A DNA stretch of 64,000 bases from positions 1 through 64,000 of IMG/VR virus record IMGVR_UViG_3300025131_009354; one strand, given 5' to 3'. A program made the translations under genes and the position numbers. Of this stretch, positions 29,329 to 38,186 are shown piece by piece (within the stretch, counting starts at the first letter, position 1; each line of letters starts with the position of its first letter). This stretch comes from a virus. Below the pieces are notes generated by a model. It saw nothing but the letters and a program-made list of their open reading frames with translations, searched no databases and had not been told where the DNA came from.

Positions 29329-29719
29329 AGGAATGACCCTTCTTATAGTTTTAGTTACATCTACACTTATTAGCTTGAGTGTAACGTTATTAATTTCTTC
29401 CGTCAACACTGAAGTGATGATCGCAGGGAACAATCTCCGCATTGCCCATGCAAAAATTTCGGCGGCGAGTGGCTTGAACCACTTTGCCGCCCTTAATTTA
29501 ACTTACGACACACTTAGAGAGCGCGCTGGCGACGTGCAAACTCTTCAAATTATTCCCGAGACCCAACTTGGGCAGCGCACCTCTTATGAAGTAAATGTGC
29601 ATTTTTCTCCCTCTCTAAGTGACGGGCGATATTTTGTTGAGAGCATCGGATATTACAAAAAATCTGGGCGAGTTATTTCCGTGCATCCAATAAAAGCGCT
29701 TTTTCAAGGCGAGCAATAA
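29318..29719 (+). CDS. PilX-like type IV minor pilin/pseudopilin
   Basis: class III signal RRG|MTLLIVLV; IAGN...A...AASGL pattern; VESIGY. Confidence 0.7.
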   Translation: MNRRGMTLLIVLVTSTLISLSVTLLISSVNTEVMIAGNNLRIAHAKISAASGLNHFAALNLTYDTLRERAGDVQTLQIIPETQLGQRTSYEVNVHFSPSLSDGRYFVESIGYYKKSGRVISVHPIKALFQGEQ

Positions 29720-29729
29720 AAAAACAAAA

Positions 29730-29737
29730 CTATTTAT
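29730..29737 (+). promoter_or_regulatory. putative late promoter motif CTATTTAT
   Basis: heads the cluster of leader-bearing genes. Confidence 0.55.
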
Positions 29738-29772
29738 TAAGCCGTAAGCCTATACAAAAGGGACACTTTCAC

Positions 29773-30516
29773 ATGAAGCTTGATCTTAACTTCCTTAAAA
29801 ATATGATATTGGAAGAACGACAAAGCCGCAAAAAGCAGTATCTACGAGAAGGGGTTTTTGGAGATTACTCTAAAGGGCGCTCCGATCGCGGCATGACTCC
29901 TGCTGATATTGATGCTCGAATTGCAGCAGTCCAATCCAAGCTAGGAATAGAAACCGGCAACGTAGGAAAACCACAAGATGTTAAAACTTTTGGGGGATCC
30001 GGCACCGCACCTATTCCAGGTGAAGCAACCACTACCATGGCTCCTGCTGCTGGTAACGCCGCACGGGACGCAACAAAAGACCTAATTAATAAATTTACTA
30101 CCGCAGAGAAAAAAGAAGCCGCGGCGGATAGTATAATAATTCTTATTGCGACGCCTCCTTTTGGAAATGTCAAAGCCGGGGAAAAGATAGAAAATATAAT
30201 TTTAAAAGATTTCGAAAACTTTGGATCAATTCTTACGGGGCCAGGAGGATTTGGTGCCGAGGGCGTCAAGGCACTTGGACACAACTACGCGCTAACAAAC
30301 GTAATAAATACAATTTTCCCAGCAGGCTTTGGAACTACTCTCAACGATGAACAAGAGGAATCTTATACAATGCTCTTAGACATTGTCCGAGAACTGCTCG
30401 GACAGGACAAAGTGCAGGAGTTAGAAGATGAGATGGGGGTTAAGCCATTGGCTGCATTGCCTCCAGAATCTGCCGGCACTTCGCCCACGGACACAATGAT
30501 AGGAGCATATGACTAA
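29773..30516 (+). CDS. putative virion internal protein with shared leader
   Basis: MKLDLNFLKNMILEE. Confidence 0.65.
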   Translation: MKLDLNFLKNMILEERQSRKKQYLREGVFGDYSKGRSDRGMTPADIDARIAAVQSKLGIETGNVGKPQDVKTFGGSGTAPIPGEATTTMAPAAGNAARDATKDLINKFTTAEKKEAAADSIIILIATPPFGNVKAGEKIENIILKDFENFGSILTGPGGFGAEGVKALGHNYALTNVINTIFPAGFGTTLNDEQEESYTMLLDIVRELLGQDKVQELEDEMGVKPLAALPPESAGTSPTDTMIGAYD

Positions 30517-30665
30517 TGATTACTAAAACTCCTATTTGGAATATCGTCCGGCAAGAACTAAGAGAAGCCGCTAGATCAACGAAAATTGTAAACCTTATAA
30601 TAGAAAGAATCAAGGAGACACCGCAAGATGAAGCTGACAATGAGCCAACTAAAAAAGATCGTTAG
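30516..30665 (+). CDS. 49-aa protein with shared leader (absent from ORF track)
   Basis: translated by hand: MITKTPIWNIVRQELRE. Confidence 0.5.
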   Translation: MITKTPIWNIVRQELREAARSTKIVNLIIERIKETPQDEADNEPTKKDR

Positions 30666-30828
30666 CGAAGTCTTGGCAGAAGCTGCGCCTGACGGCTATA
30701 TACAAAAGAAATATAGGAAATCTTTTAAACGGATGATAGCCAAAGCCGGCAGCGGCGGGAATAAAAATACACCGCCCTTTACTAAAAAAGCAAAGCTCGG
30801 CAAATCAGGAACTTCAGGGAACCCATAG
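30628..30828 (+). CDS. small basic protein with shared leader
   Basis: RBS AAGGAG; MKLTMSQLKKIVSEVLAE. Confidence 0.65.
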   Translation: MKLTMSQLKKIVSEVLAEAAPDGYIQKKYRKSFKRMIAKAGSGGNKNTPPFTKKAKLGKSGTSGNP

Positions 30829-31598
30829 TGAAAAAATTAATAACAGAGTGGAGAAGGTTTATAAAAGAAGGTGTCGTAATTAACATCCCTGATACCTTTG
30901 TTCCCCACTCCGAACTCAATCAGGATTTCTGGAATCAACCCGGAGAAAAGCTCGATCCGAAGATCCGATTACAACTCCTGAAAATTGCTCAGGACTTCAT
31001 TGATAACAGTCAAGGATCTGACGCTCCTTTAAAGGACATCACGTTTACAGGATCACTTGCGAACTTTAATTACTCTCCCTTCTCTGATGTGGATCTTCAT
31101 GTTCTTTTCGATTTTTCTGAGATAAATGACGATGAAGAATTAGTCCGTGAATATTTTCAGGCTGCCAAAGCTGTCTGGAATTTTACCCACGACATTCGCA
31201 TGAAAGGCTATGAGGTTGAGATCTACGGGCAACACTCTAAAGATCCTCACGTAGCTTCTGGACTTTATTCAGTCCTCAACGATGAGTGGATTGTGAAACC
31301 TGACCAGAAAGATCCTCAAATCGACTTTAAAGATATTAAAGTAAAGGCTGATTCTTTGGAAGATCAGATTGATAGAGTTGTAGGACTTTATGACGAAGGC
31401 AAATATCAAGAAGCTATTGACCGTGCAGACAAACTGAAAGAGAAGATTAGAAAACTCCGCAAAACAGGACTCGATAGTGTGGGAGAGTACTCAGTTGAGA
31501 ATCTCGCATTCAAAACGCTACGACGAAACGGATATCTCGGCAAATTGTCTGATGCTAAGACAGATGCTTATGATAAACTCATGTCCGTCGAGGACTAA
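30828..31598 (+). CDS. Pol-beta-type nucleotidyltransferase domain protein
   Basis: TGSLANFNY..SDVDLHV, VEIY, ENLAFKTLRRNG; leader MKKLITEWRRFIKE. Confidence 0.8.
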   Translation: MKKLITEWRRFIKEGVVINIPDTFVPHSELNQDFWNQPGEKLDPKIRLQLLKIAQDFIDNSQGSDAPLKDITFTGSLANFNYSPFSDVDLHVLFDFSEINDDEELVREYFQAAKAVWNFTHDIRMKGYEVEIYGQHSKDPHVASGLYSVLNDEWIVKPDQKDPQIDFKDIKVKADSLEDQIDRVVGLYDEGKYQEAIDRADKLKEKIRKLRKTGLDSVGEYSVENLAFKTLRRNGYLGKLSDAKTDAYDKLMSVED

Positions 31599-31611
31599 CT
31601 CAAATAAGGAA

Positions 31612-31619
31612 CTATTTAT
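31612..31619 (+). promoter_or_regulatory. putative late promoter motif CTATTTAT
   Basis: 3 nt before the ATG, implying a leaderless mRNA. Confidence 0.55.
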
Positions 31620-31622
31620 AGC

Positions 31623-31934
31623 ATGAAGCTTACACGCGACATTATCAGAAACCTCATCGAAGAAGAGGTTAAACTTCTTTCTGAAGCTGTCTTCGGTGCC
31701 CAGTCCAATATGACTGGACAAGAGAGAGAAAAAGAAAGCCTGATTGCTCAAGCTCAAGCATATCAACTTGCAATGACACCTGAAGCTTTGGAAAAACAAT
31801 GGGCCGAGGCAGAAAAAGCTGGAGTGGCTCCTGAGAGTAAGAATGCGTGGATTAAGGAAAGAAAAAAACACCTTGACGACGCCTGGGCTTCGGTCAATGC
31901 AGATGCTACTCGGCTATCGGGAGGTCAGCCATAA
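31623..31934 (+). CDS. putative virion internal protein with shared leader
   Basis: MKLTRDIIRNLIEEEVKLLSE. Confidence 0.65.
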   Translation: MKLTRDIIRNLIEEEVKLLSEAVFGAQSNMTGQEREKESLIAQAQAYQLAMTPEALEKQWAEAEKAGVAPESKNAWIKERKKHLDDAWASVNADATRLSGGQP

Positions 31935-31935
31935 C

Positions 31936-32274
31936 ATGAAAATTACAAAACCACAACTACAACAAGTTATTCAAGAAGAGATTAAGAATGTCATCTCCGA
32001 GATGGTTCGTCTTCGTCCAAAAGATATTGCCGGTAAAGATCTCACTTTCCAAATCCTTCAGCCCATTACTAACAAAAGAGGCAAGCCTGACTTTGAGCGG
32101 GTAACCTATAAGGGCAAGATCGTAAAGCTTCCGGGTATTACCCGAAGTGAACTGCGCGATCCTCTATCTCCTGAGCAGCCTGTTATTGTAGAATTAGAGT
32201 CTGGTGAACATCTTCATTTTGTTCCTGGCACAGATGTAAAGCTCACGCTAGCTGACGTCACATACAATTTATAA
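31936..32274 (+). CDS. putative virion internal protein with shared leader
   Basis: MKITKPQLQQVIQEEIKNVISE. Confidence 0.65.
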   Translation: MKITKPQLQQVIQEEIKNVISEMVRLRPKDIAGKDLTFQILQPITNKRGKPDFERVTYKGKIVKLPGITRSELRDPLSPEQPVIVELESGEHLHFVPGTDVKLTLADVTYNL

Positions 32275-32298
32275 TCATATATTATTGACTGAATAAAA

Positions 32299-32306
32299 CT
32301 ATTTAT
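32299..32306 (+). promoter_or_regulatory. putative late promoter motif CTATTTAT
   Basis: directly upstream of yeaH-spoVR-prkA. Confidence 0.5.
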
Positions 32307-32323
32307 TTTAGGTCTATAATATT

Positions 32324-33514
32324 ATGAGCACTTTTAAAGAACATAAAACAATTGCTGATAGAGCCGCGAGTGATCGTGCGCGTCATCGCCAAAAGATTGA
32401 AAAAGCTATAAAAGAGAGTATTAAGGACGTTGTAGCTGAAGAAAGTATCATTGGACAAAACGGAAAAAAGAAGATAAGAATACCTGTTAGGGGCATAAAA
32501 GAGCACCGGTTTGTTTATGGAGCTAATGAAAATAATAAGCAAGTCGGCTCAGCGGAAGGAAAAGAAGTCAAACAAGGACAGAGAATTGGACACCGCCGTC
32601 GCCGTTTAGCGAAGGAAGGACAAGGCGACCGTCCTGGAGATAAGCCCGGCGAGGAAATGTATGAGATAGAAATGTCCCTAGAGGAACTAGCTGGATATCT
32701 TTTTAGTGACCTTAATTTGCCCGAGCTAGAAAAGAAGAACTTCAAATTTACAACTCAAGAAAAGATGAAACGGAAAGGCAAGCGCCCATACGGAATTCGT
32801 CCACGCTTGTCAAAAAAAGAAACCATTAAACAAAAGATTAGAAGAAAGAAGGCCGCAATTAAGGCGGGATCCTATGATCCGGAAAGTGGTGAGCGATTTA
32901 CGTTTCACGAGAGTGACCTACGGTATAAACACATAGCACCAGTAATCAAAGAAAACACTGCTGCTGTTGTATTTTTTGTGATGGATGTGTCCGGGTCTAT
33001 GACTAAATCCAAGAAGTTTCTTGCTCGGAGTTTCTTTTTTCTTCTCTATCAATTTTTAAACCATAAATATTCATCTATTGACGTAGTGTTTATTTCTCAT
33101 ACTGCCGACGCCCACGAAGTCAATGAGGAGCAATTTTTTACACAGGTTCCCAATGGCGGAACACTTGTCTCGACTGGGTTGAAAAAAGCAGAAGAGATTA
33201 TTGAAAAACGATATCACCCAAACAATTGGAATCTCTATACTTTTTACTGCGGGGACGGAGATAATTGGGGGATAGATAATAAAGAGGCGCTTGATGCGTT
33301 TAAGCGGTTAAAAGAGATAAATCAGGCAATGTGTTATACTGAAATCGGCTCTGAGCCGACTTACCGAGAACTTTCATTCTTTGGGGGTTCGGGCGAAAGA
33401 CGGCTTTGGGATTGGGTTAAGCTCGCAGAGGATAAGAGCTTCAAGAGAGTTCGCCTCACCGAGAGTAAAGATATTTGGCCAGCGTTTAAAAGATTATTCG
33501 GAGGTAAAGAATAA
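32324..33514 (+). CDS. yeaH: YeaH/YhbH (DUF444) family vWA-like protein
   Basis: DRARHRQKI, IPVRGIKEHRF, LNLPEL, DLRY, VMDVSGSM, GGTLVS, YHP..WNLY, DGDNW. Confidence 0.92.
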   Translation: MSTFKEHKTIADRAASDRARHRQKIEKAIKESIKDVVAEESIIGQNGKKKIRIPVRGIKEHRFVYGANENNKQVGSAEGKEVKQGQRIGHRRRRLAKEGQGDRPGDKPGEEMYEIEMSLEELAGYLFSDLNLPELEKKNFKFTTQEKMKRKGKRPYGIRPRLSKKETIKQKIRRKKAAIKAGSYDPESGERFTFHESDLRYKHIAPVIKENTAAVVFFVMDVSGSMTKSKKFLARSFFFLLYQFLNHKYSSIDVVFISHTADAHEVNEEQFFTQVPNGGTLVSTGLKKAEEIIEKRYHPNNWNLYTFYCGDGDNWGIDNKEALDAFKRLKEINQAMCYTEIGSEPTYRELSFFGGSGERRLWDWVKLAEDKSFKRVRLTESKDIWPAFKRLFGGKE

Positions 33515-34830
33515 TGTCAGACTGGTCGATGGAAGAGCTTCAGGAATGGGATAAAAAGATTTGTAAGATTGGAGAGTCCCTGGGTTTAGACTGGTATCCA
33601 ATTGAGTATGAGATATGTGATTATAAAGAGATGATCGGACACATGGCTTACACGGGGTTACCGACTCACTATAGGCATTGGTCTTTCGGAAAATCCTTTG
33701 ATCGTATTCAGACAGAATATAATTTGGGGATGTCTGGTTTACCATATGAGATGATAATAAATTCCAATCCCAGTATATCGTACCTTATGACAGAGAACCC
33801 AATGCCGACCCACCTACTTACAATGGCACATTGTGTAGGCCACAGCGATTTCTTCAAGAATAACCGTATGTTCTCTGAGACCGGCGCTGATACAGTAATT
33901 GATCGGTTTAAAACCTCCGGTAAACGTGTCAAGAAATATATGGAAGATCCAAATATTGGAATTGATAAGGTTGAGAAGATATTAGATGCTTGTCACGCTA
34001 TTCGTTTTCAAGTCCCGCGGACTCCCGGACTAAAACGTCGGAATCATAAAGAACTTAAAGAATATTATAAAAGATTAATATTGAATGATAAGTCTGGCTG
34101 GTGGGATCATTTTAATTTAGAAAAAATTCCACTAGAGCCAGACTGTAACCTTTTAGCCTTTATAGCAGATAATAATCGATTTCTAGAGGAGTGGGAAAGA
34201 GATCTAATTCGTATTGTTGAACAAGAGTCTAAATATTTTGTCCCGCAAGCTTGTACCAAAATAATGAATGAGGGGTGGGCTTGCATGATGCATGAAAAAA
34301 TTCTTAATATGCTGGATATACCAGATGATTATTTCCTATCATTTGTCCGATTACATAATCAGGTAGTTAGGCCTCACTTGGGCAGGATTAATCCATATCA
34401 CTTAGGGTTTAAAATATTCAAATATATTGAAGAAACCCAAGGATTTGATGAATGTCTGAGGATCAGAGAAATACACAACGACGAAACTTTCCTTAAAAAC
34501 TATCTTAATGAGGAATTATGCAAAGAGTTGAATTTATTTACTTATTCGTTTAATAGGAGAGAGGGGTACAACCAAATCGCCGATGTTTCTGGGGAAGATA
34601 GCTGGCAAAGAGTCCGCGATAACCTAATTAAAGGTGTGGGATTAAATAGTGTTCCTGTAGTTCTAATAAAAGAATTACGTAAAGATGGAACACTTATTTT
34701 ACAGCATGAGCACGATGGGAGAGATCTTGAATTATCCGAAGCAAATAAAGTGTTTGAGCACATTAACAGTTTGTGGGTTGGTGGTATAAGATTCACAACA
34801 GTAATAGAAGAAGATACTTGGGAGTTCTAG
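33514..34830 (+). CDS. spoVR: SpoVR/YcgB family protein
   Basis: GLP..YRHWSFGK, YEMIINSNP, AHCVGHSDFFKNN, TKIMNEGWA, NPYHLG. Confidence 0.94.
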   Translation: MSDWSMEELQEWDKKICKIGESLGLDWYPIEYEICDYKEMIGHMAYTGLPTHYRHWSFGKSFDRIQTEYNLGMSGLPYEMIINSNPSISYLMTENPMPTHLLTMAHCVGHSDFFKNNRMFSETGADTVIDRFKTSGKRVKKYMEDPNIGIDKVEKILDACHAIRFQVPRTPGLKRRNHKELKEYYKRLILNDKSGWWDHFNLEKIPLEPDCNLLAFIADNNRFLEEWERDLIRIVEQESKYFVPQACTKIMNEGWACMMHEKILNMLDIPDDYFLSFVRLHNQVVRPHLGRINPYHLGFKIFKYIEETQGFDECLRIREIHNDETFLKNYLNEELCKELNLFTYSFNRREGYNQIADVSGEDSWQRVRDNLIKGVGLNSVPVVLIKELRKDGTLILQHEHDGRDLELSEANKVFEHINSLWVGGIRFTTVIEEDTWEF

Positions 34831-34833
34831 TAG

Positions 34834-36777
34834 ATGTCAAAAAATAACAAATCTGATAAGTTTTTGAAACTGGTTGGCAAACACCAGGAGAAGAAAAAAG
34901 TAAAACAATTTCGTGGAAGTTTATCTGAATACATGGAATTGCTTGAAGATGATTCTGGTATAGCCAAGCTTGCACATAAAAGACTGTTTGACTCCATAGT
35001 CTCGAATGGCGTAACTAGAATGGAGAGATCTAATGATCGATGCAACAAATTATTCGGCGGGGAAAAGCTTAGAACATATGATTATTTCCAAGACAAGTTC
35101 TTCGGGATGGAGCGCTCTCTTGCAAAGATAATGAGATTCTTGAGATCAGCATCTTTAAAAGGAGAAGAGAGCCGTCAAGTTCTTTTACTGCTTGGCCCAG
35201 TGGGTGCCGGTAAATCTGCCTTAATGGAGCATATCAAAAGCGCCCTAGAAGAATGTGAGGGAATGTATCATATTGATGGGTGTCCGATCCATGAAGAGCC
35301 CCTTCATCTTATTCCCCGCTCCTTGAGGGAAGAGTTTCGTAAGCTATATGGAATTCGGATTGAAGGTGATTTGTGCCCAGTCTGCCGGTTCAGGCTTAAA
35401 GACGAATTTGATAATGATTATATGGCAATGCCTGTTGCTCAATCTTCTTTTTCTGTCCGCGGGAGGCGTGGTGTCGGCGTGGTGCCGCCAATGGATGCCA
35501 ATAGCCAGGACGTAACAATTCTAGTTGGCAGCGAAGATATTTCAAAGCTGGATATGTATTCTGAAGATGATCCACGAGTTCTCTCACTAAATGGGGCTTT
35601 CAACGTTGGTAACCGAGGTATTGTGGAGTTTGTAGAAGTCTTTAAAAACGAAATTGAGTTCTTACATACAATGATCACAGCGACACAAGAGAAATCAGTG
35701 CCATCGCCAGGCAAAGGTCCCATGATTTATTTTGATGGCGTAATTCTAGCTCATTGTAATGAGGCAGAGTGGAACAAGTTCAAGTCAGAGAATACTAATG
35801 AAGCTATCCTTGATAGAATTGTGAGAGTTAATGTACCTTATTGCCTAGAAGTATCTGAGGAAATAAAGATTTATCAAAAGATGCTTAACCTATCTGATTT
35901 TGATGGACATGTTGCCCCACATACACTGGAGGTTGCTTCTATGTTCGCCGTTCTTAGCCGGTTGCACCCCTCCAACAAGGTTGACCCACTAACGAAAATG
36001 AAGCTCTATAACGGCAAGGATGTGATTGAAAAAGGTACAGTTAAGAAAATTGATATTAACGACCTCAGAGATGAATCCAGAAATGAGGGAATGACTGGTA
36101 TTTCTACACGATTCATCATGAAGGCTATTGATTCGGCTCTATCGGATAGTGAAGAAGATATGGTAACGCCAATATCTATCCGCGATGCGCTAATCAAGCA
36201 GGTCAAAGATCAAATTGTAGTAGAGGACGACCGTAATAGATATCTTGACTTTTTGGGAAAAACATTACACGACGAATATCTTAATATCCTAGAAAAAGAA
36301 ATTACAAAAGCATTTGTATCAGCATATGAAGAACAAGCAGAAGCTCTGTTTAATAACTATTTGGATCATGCGGAAGCCTACGTTAATATGGCGACAGTAA
36401 AGGATTCTATTACAAAGGAAGAAATAAACCCAGATGACGGCTTTATGGCTTCTATCGAGGAGCAAATTGGGATTACCGGGACATCCAAAGAGAACTTCCG
36501 TGTGGATATTACAGCCTTCATGTTCTCTAAGCTTCGACGCGGAGAGAAAGTGGACTGGAAATCTTATGCGCCGCTTAGGGAAGCTATTGAGACTAAGTTA
36601 ACATCCTCAGTCAAGCAAATATCTCGCATTGTGACCAAATCTAAAAGCCGAGATAAAAAGCAACAAGGAAAATATAACGAAATGGTGGACACTCTAATAA
36701 AAGAATATGGATACAACGAGAGTTCAGCACAAGAAGTAATTAAATTCGCAGCTAATAATCTGTGGAGAGACAGCTAA
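34834..36777 (+). CDS. prkA: PrkA/YeaG family AAA+ protein
   Basis: LLGPVGAGKS, GCPIHEEPL, GDLCPVC, DDPRV, GNRGIVEFVEVFK, EAILDRI, VPYCL, APHTL, EGMTGISTRF. Confidence 0.95.
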   Translation: MSKNNKSDKFLKLVGKHQEKKKVKQFRGSLSEYMELLEDDSGIAKLAHKRLFDSIVSNGVTRMERSNDRCNKLFGGEKLRTYDYFQDKFFGMERSLAKIMRFLRSASLKGEESRQVLLLLGPVGAGKSALMEHIKSALEECEGMYHIDGCPIHEEPLHLIPRSLREEFRKLYGIRIEGDLCPVCRFRLKDEFDNDYMAMPVAQSSFSVRGRRGVGVVPPMDANSQDVTILVGSEDISKLDMYSEDDPRVLSLNGAFNVGNRGIVEFVEVFKNEIEFLHTMITATQEKSVPSPGKGPMIYFDGVILAHCNEAEWNKFKSENTNEAILDRIVRVNVPYCLEVSEEIKIYQKMLNLSDFDGHVAPHTLEVASMFAVLSRLHPSNKVDPLTKMKLYNGKDVIEKGTVKKIDINDLRDESRNEGMTGISTRFIMKAIDSALSDSEEDMVTPISIRDALIKQVKDQIVVEDDRNRYLDFLGKTLHDEYLNILEKEITKAFVSAYEEQAEALFNNYLDHAEAYVNMATVKDSITKEEINPDDGFMASIEEQIGITGTSKENFRVDITAFMFSKLRRGEKVDWKSYAPLREAIETKLTSSVKQISRIVTKSKSRDKKQQGKYNEMVDTLIKEYGYNESSAQEVIKFAANNLWRDS

Positions 36778-36791
36778 AGGATTGCCTAAAG

Positions 36792-37778
36792 ATGGGTAAC
36801 ACCCTAGAAAGACTAGAAAAACTACAGAACTTTATTGGAAACACTCCAACAATTCGGTTTCAGTGCGAAATTAATGGTAAGAACGTTACTGTTTTAGCAA
36901 AATATGAAGCTAATAATTTTACCGGCAGCATTAAAGACCGGATGGCCTACCAAATAATTAAAGCTGCACATGTGTTTGATAAAATCTCCCCCGGAGATAT
37001 CATTGTTGAGGCAACAAGTGGGAATACTGGTATTTCTTTTGCTGCAATTGGGGCATATCTCGGACATCCAGTCCAAATTTATATGCCAAACTGGCTTTCT
37101 GAAGAAAGAAAACGTTTATTACGATTTTATGGTGCAGATTTATTTGAAATAAGCGCAAAAGATGGCGGATTTATGGAATGTATTGACCTTGCTGCTAAAA
37201 AAAGTAAGAAAAACGGGTATTTTTGCCCAAAACAGTTTGATAATACTTGGAATATAATGGCTCACCAGAAAACAACGGCTCCGGAGCTTGAAAATACATT
37301 AAAATCCAATAAATTAGGTAATTTAGATGTATTTATAGCAGGTGTAGGGACGGGTGGGACTATAATGGGGTTTTATCACTATTTTTCTGAACTCTTGCAC
37401 AATAAGAACGATTTCAAGGCATTTCCAATACTGCCGGACAAAAATGAAGACGAAGGACATCGCATCGAAGGCATTGGTGATAGTTTTGTTCCGCGTATCC
37501 TAAATTTAAAGTCCCTGGGACCTGTTCTGAGGGTAAAAGACTCAGATGCAATAAATATAGCGAGACAGATAAACAAGCTAGGGCTCTCCGTAGGAATTTC
37601 CTCCGGCGCGAATCTTTTCGGGGCTATAATCAAAGCATCAGAGCTTCCAGCATCTGGAAATGTCGCGACAGTGCTACCTGACGGAAATAAGAAATATCTA
37701 ACGACAGATTTATGCTCTCAGAGCAAAGAACCTCTCTCGGAAGAGATAAAAATCTTAGATTATGAATTAATTTCTTGA
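36792..37778 (+). CDS. cysK: cysteine synthase family (PLP-dependent)
   Basis: IGNTP, TGSIKDR, EATSGNTG, GVGTGGT, IEGIG, GISSGAN; CysK vs CysM not resolved. Confidence 0.88.
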   Translation: MGNTLERLEKLQNFIGNTPTIRFQCEINGKNVTVLAKYEANNFTGSIKDRMAYQIIKAAHVFDKISPGDIIVEATSGNTGISFAAIGAYLGHPVQIYMPNWLSEERKRLLRFYGADLFEISAKDGGFMECIDLAAKKSKKNGYFCPKQFDNTWNIMAHQKTTAPELENTLKSNKLGNLDVFIAGVGTGGTIMGFYHYFSELLHNKNDFKAFPILPDKNEDEGHRIEGIGDSFVPRILNLKSLGPVLRVKDSDAINIARQINKLGLSVGISSGANLFGAIIKASELPASGNVATVLPDGNKKYLTTDLCSQSKEPLSEEIKILDYELIS

Positions 37779-37802
37779 CATAACTCGTTTTTGTGATATT
37801 TT
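37774..37802 (+). promoter_or_regulatory. sigma70-like promoter (CTTGAC class)
   Basis: TTGACA-N16-TATTTT with TG. Confidence 0.55.
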
Positions 37803-37835
37803 AGTAGTATAGAAAGATTAAGGGATATAGCCATA

Positions 37836-38186
37836 GTGCAAATAATGAAAGAGGGAGTTGATATATCGATTCCTATGTCCGGCAACGATGACGAATATCC
37901 AGAGGAGGCTCTGCCTGTTGGAACATATGTTCGCCCAATACGCCATGACAAGCTTGGTGTTATAACTGATGCTTTTTATGGGGAGTTGGACGCAAACAAT
38001 ACTAAAATAATTGTTTATACAATTTTAATGTTCCCCAAAAACAGCCCCATGGGACACCTTTCAAAAGAGCCAGAGCAATACTATATATCTAACGAATACG
38101 AGTACGACATTATCGCCTATTTAATGGTCGCACCTGCCGACATGGATAAAATAACTAGAAACCTAAGTGGAGGATTGTTCATATGA
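37836..38186 (+). CDS. SH3/KOW-like protein
   Basis: LPVGTYVRP...LGVI; start uncertain. Confidence 0.55.
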   Translation: MQIMKEGVDISIPMSGNDDEYPEEALPVGTYVRPIRHDKLGVITDAFYGELDANNTKIIVYTILMFPKNSPMGHLSKEPEQYYISNEYEYDIIAYLMVAPADMDKITRNLSGGLFI

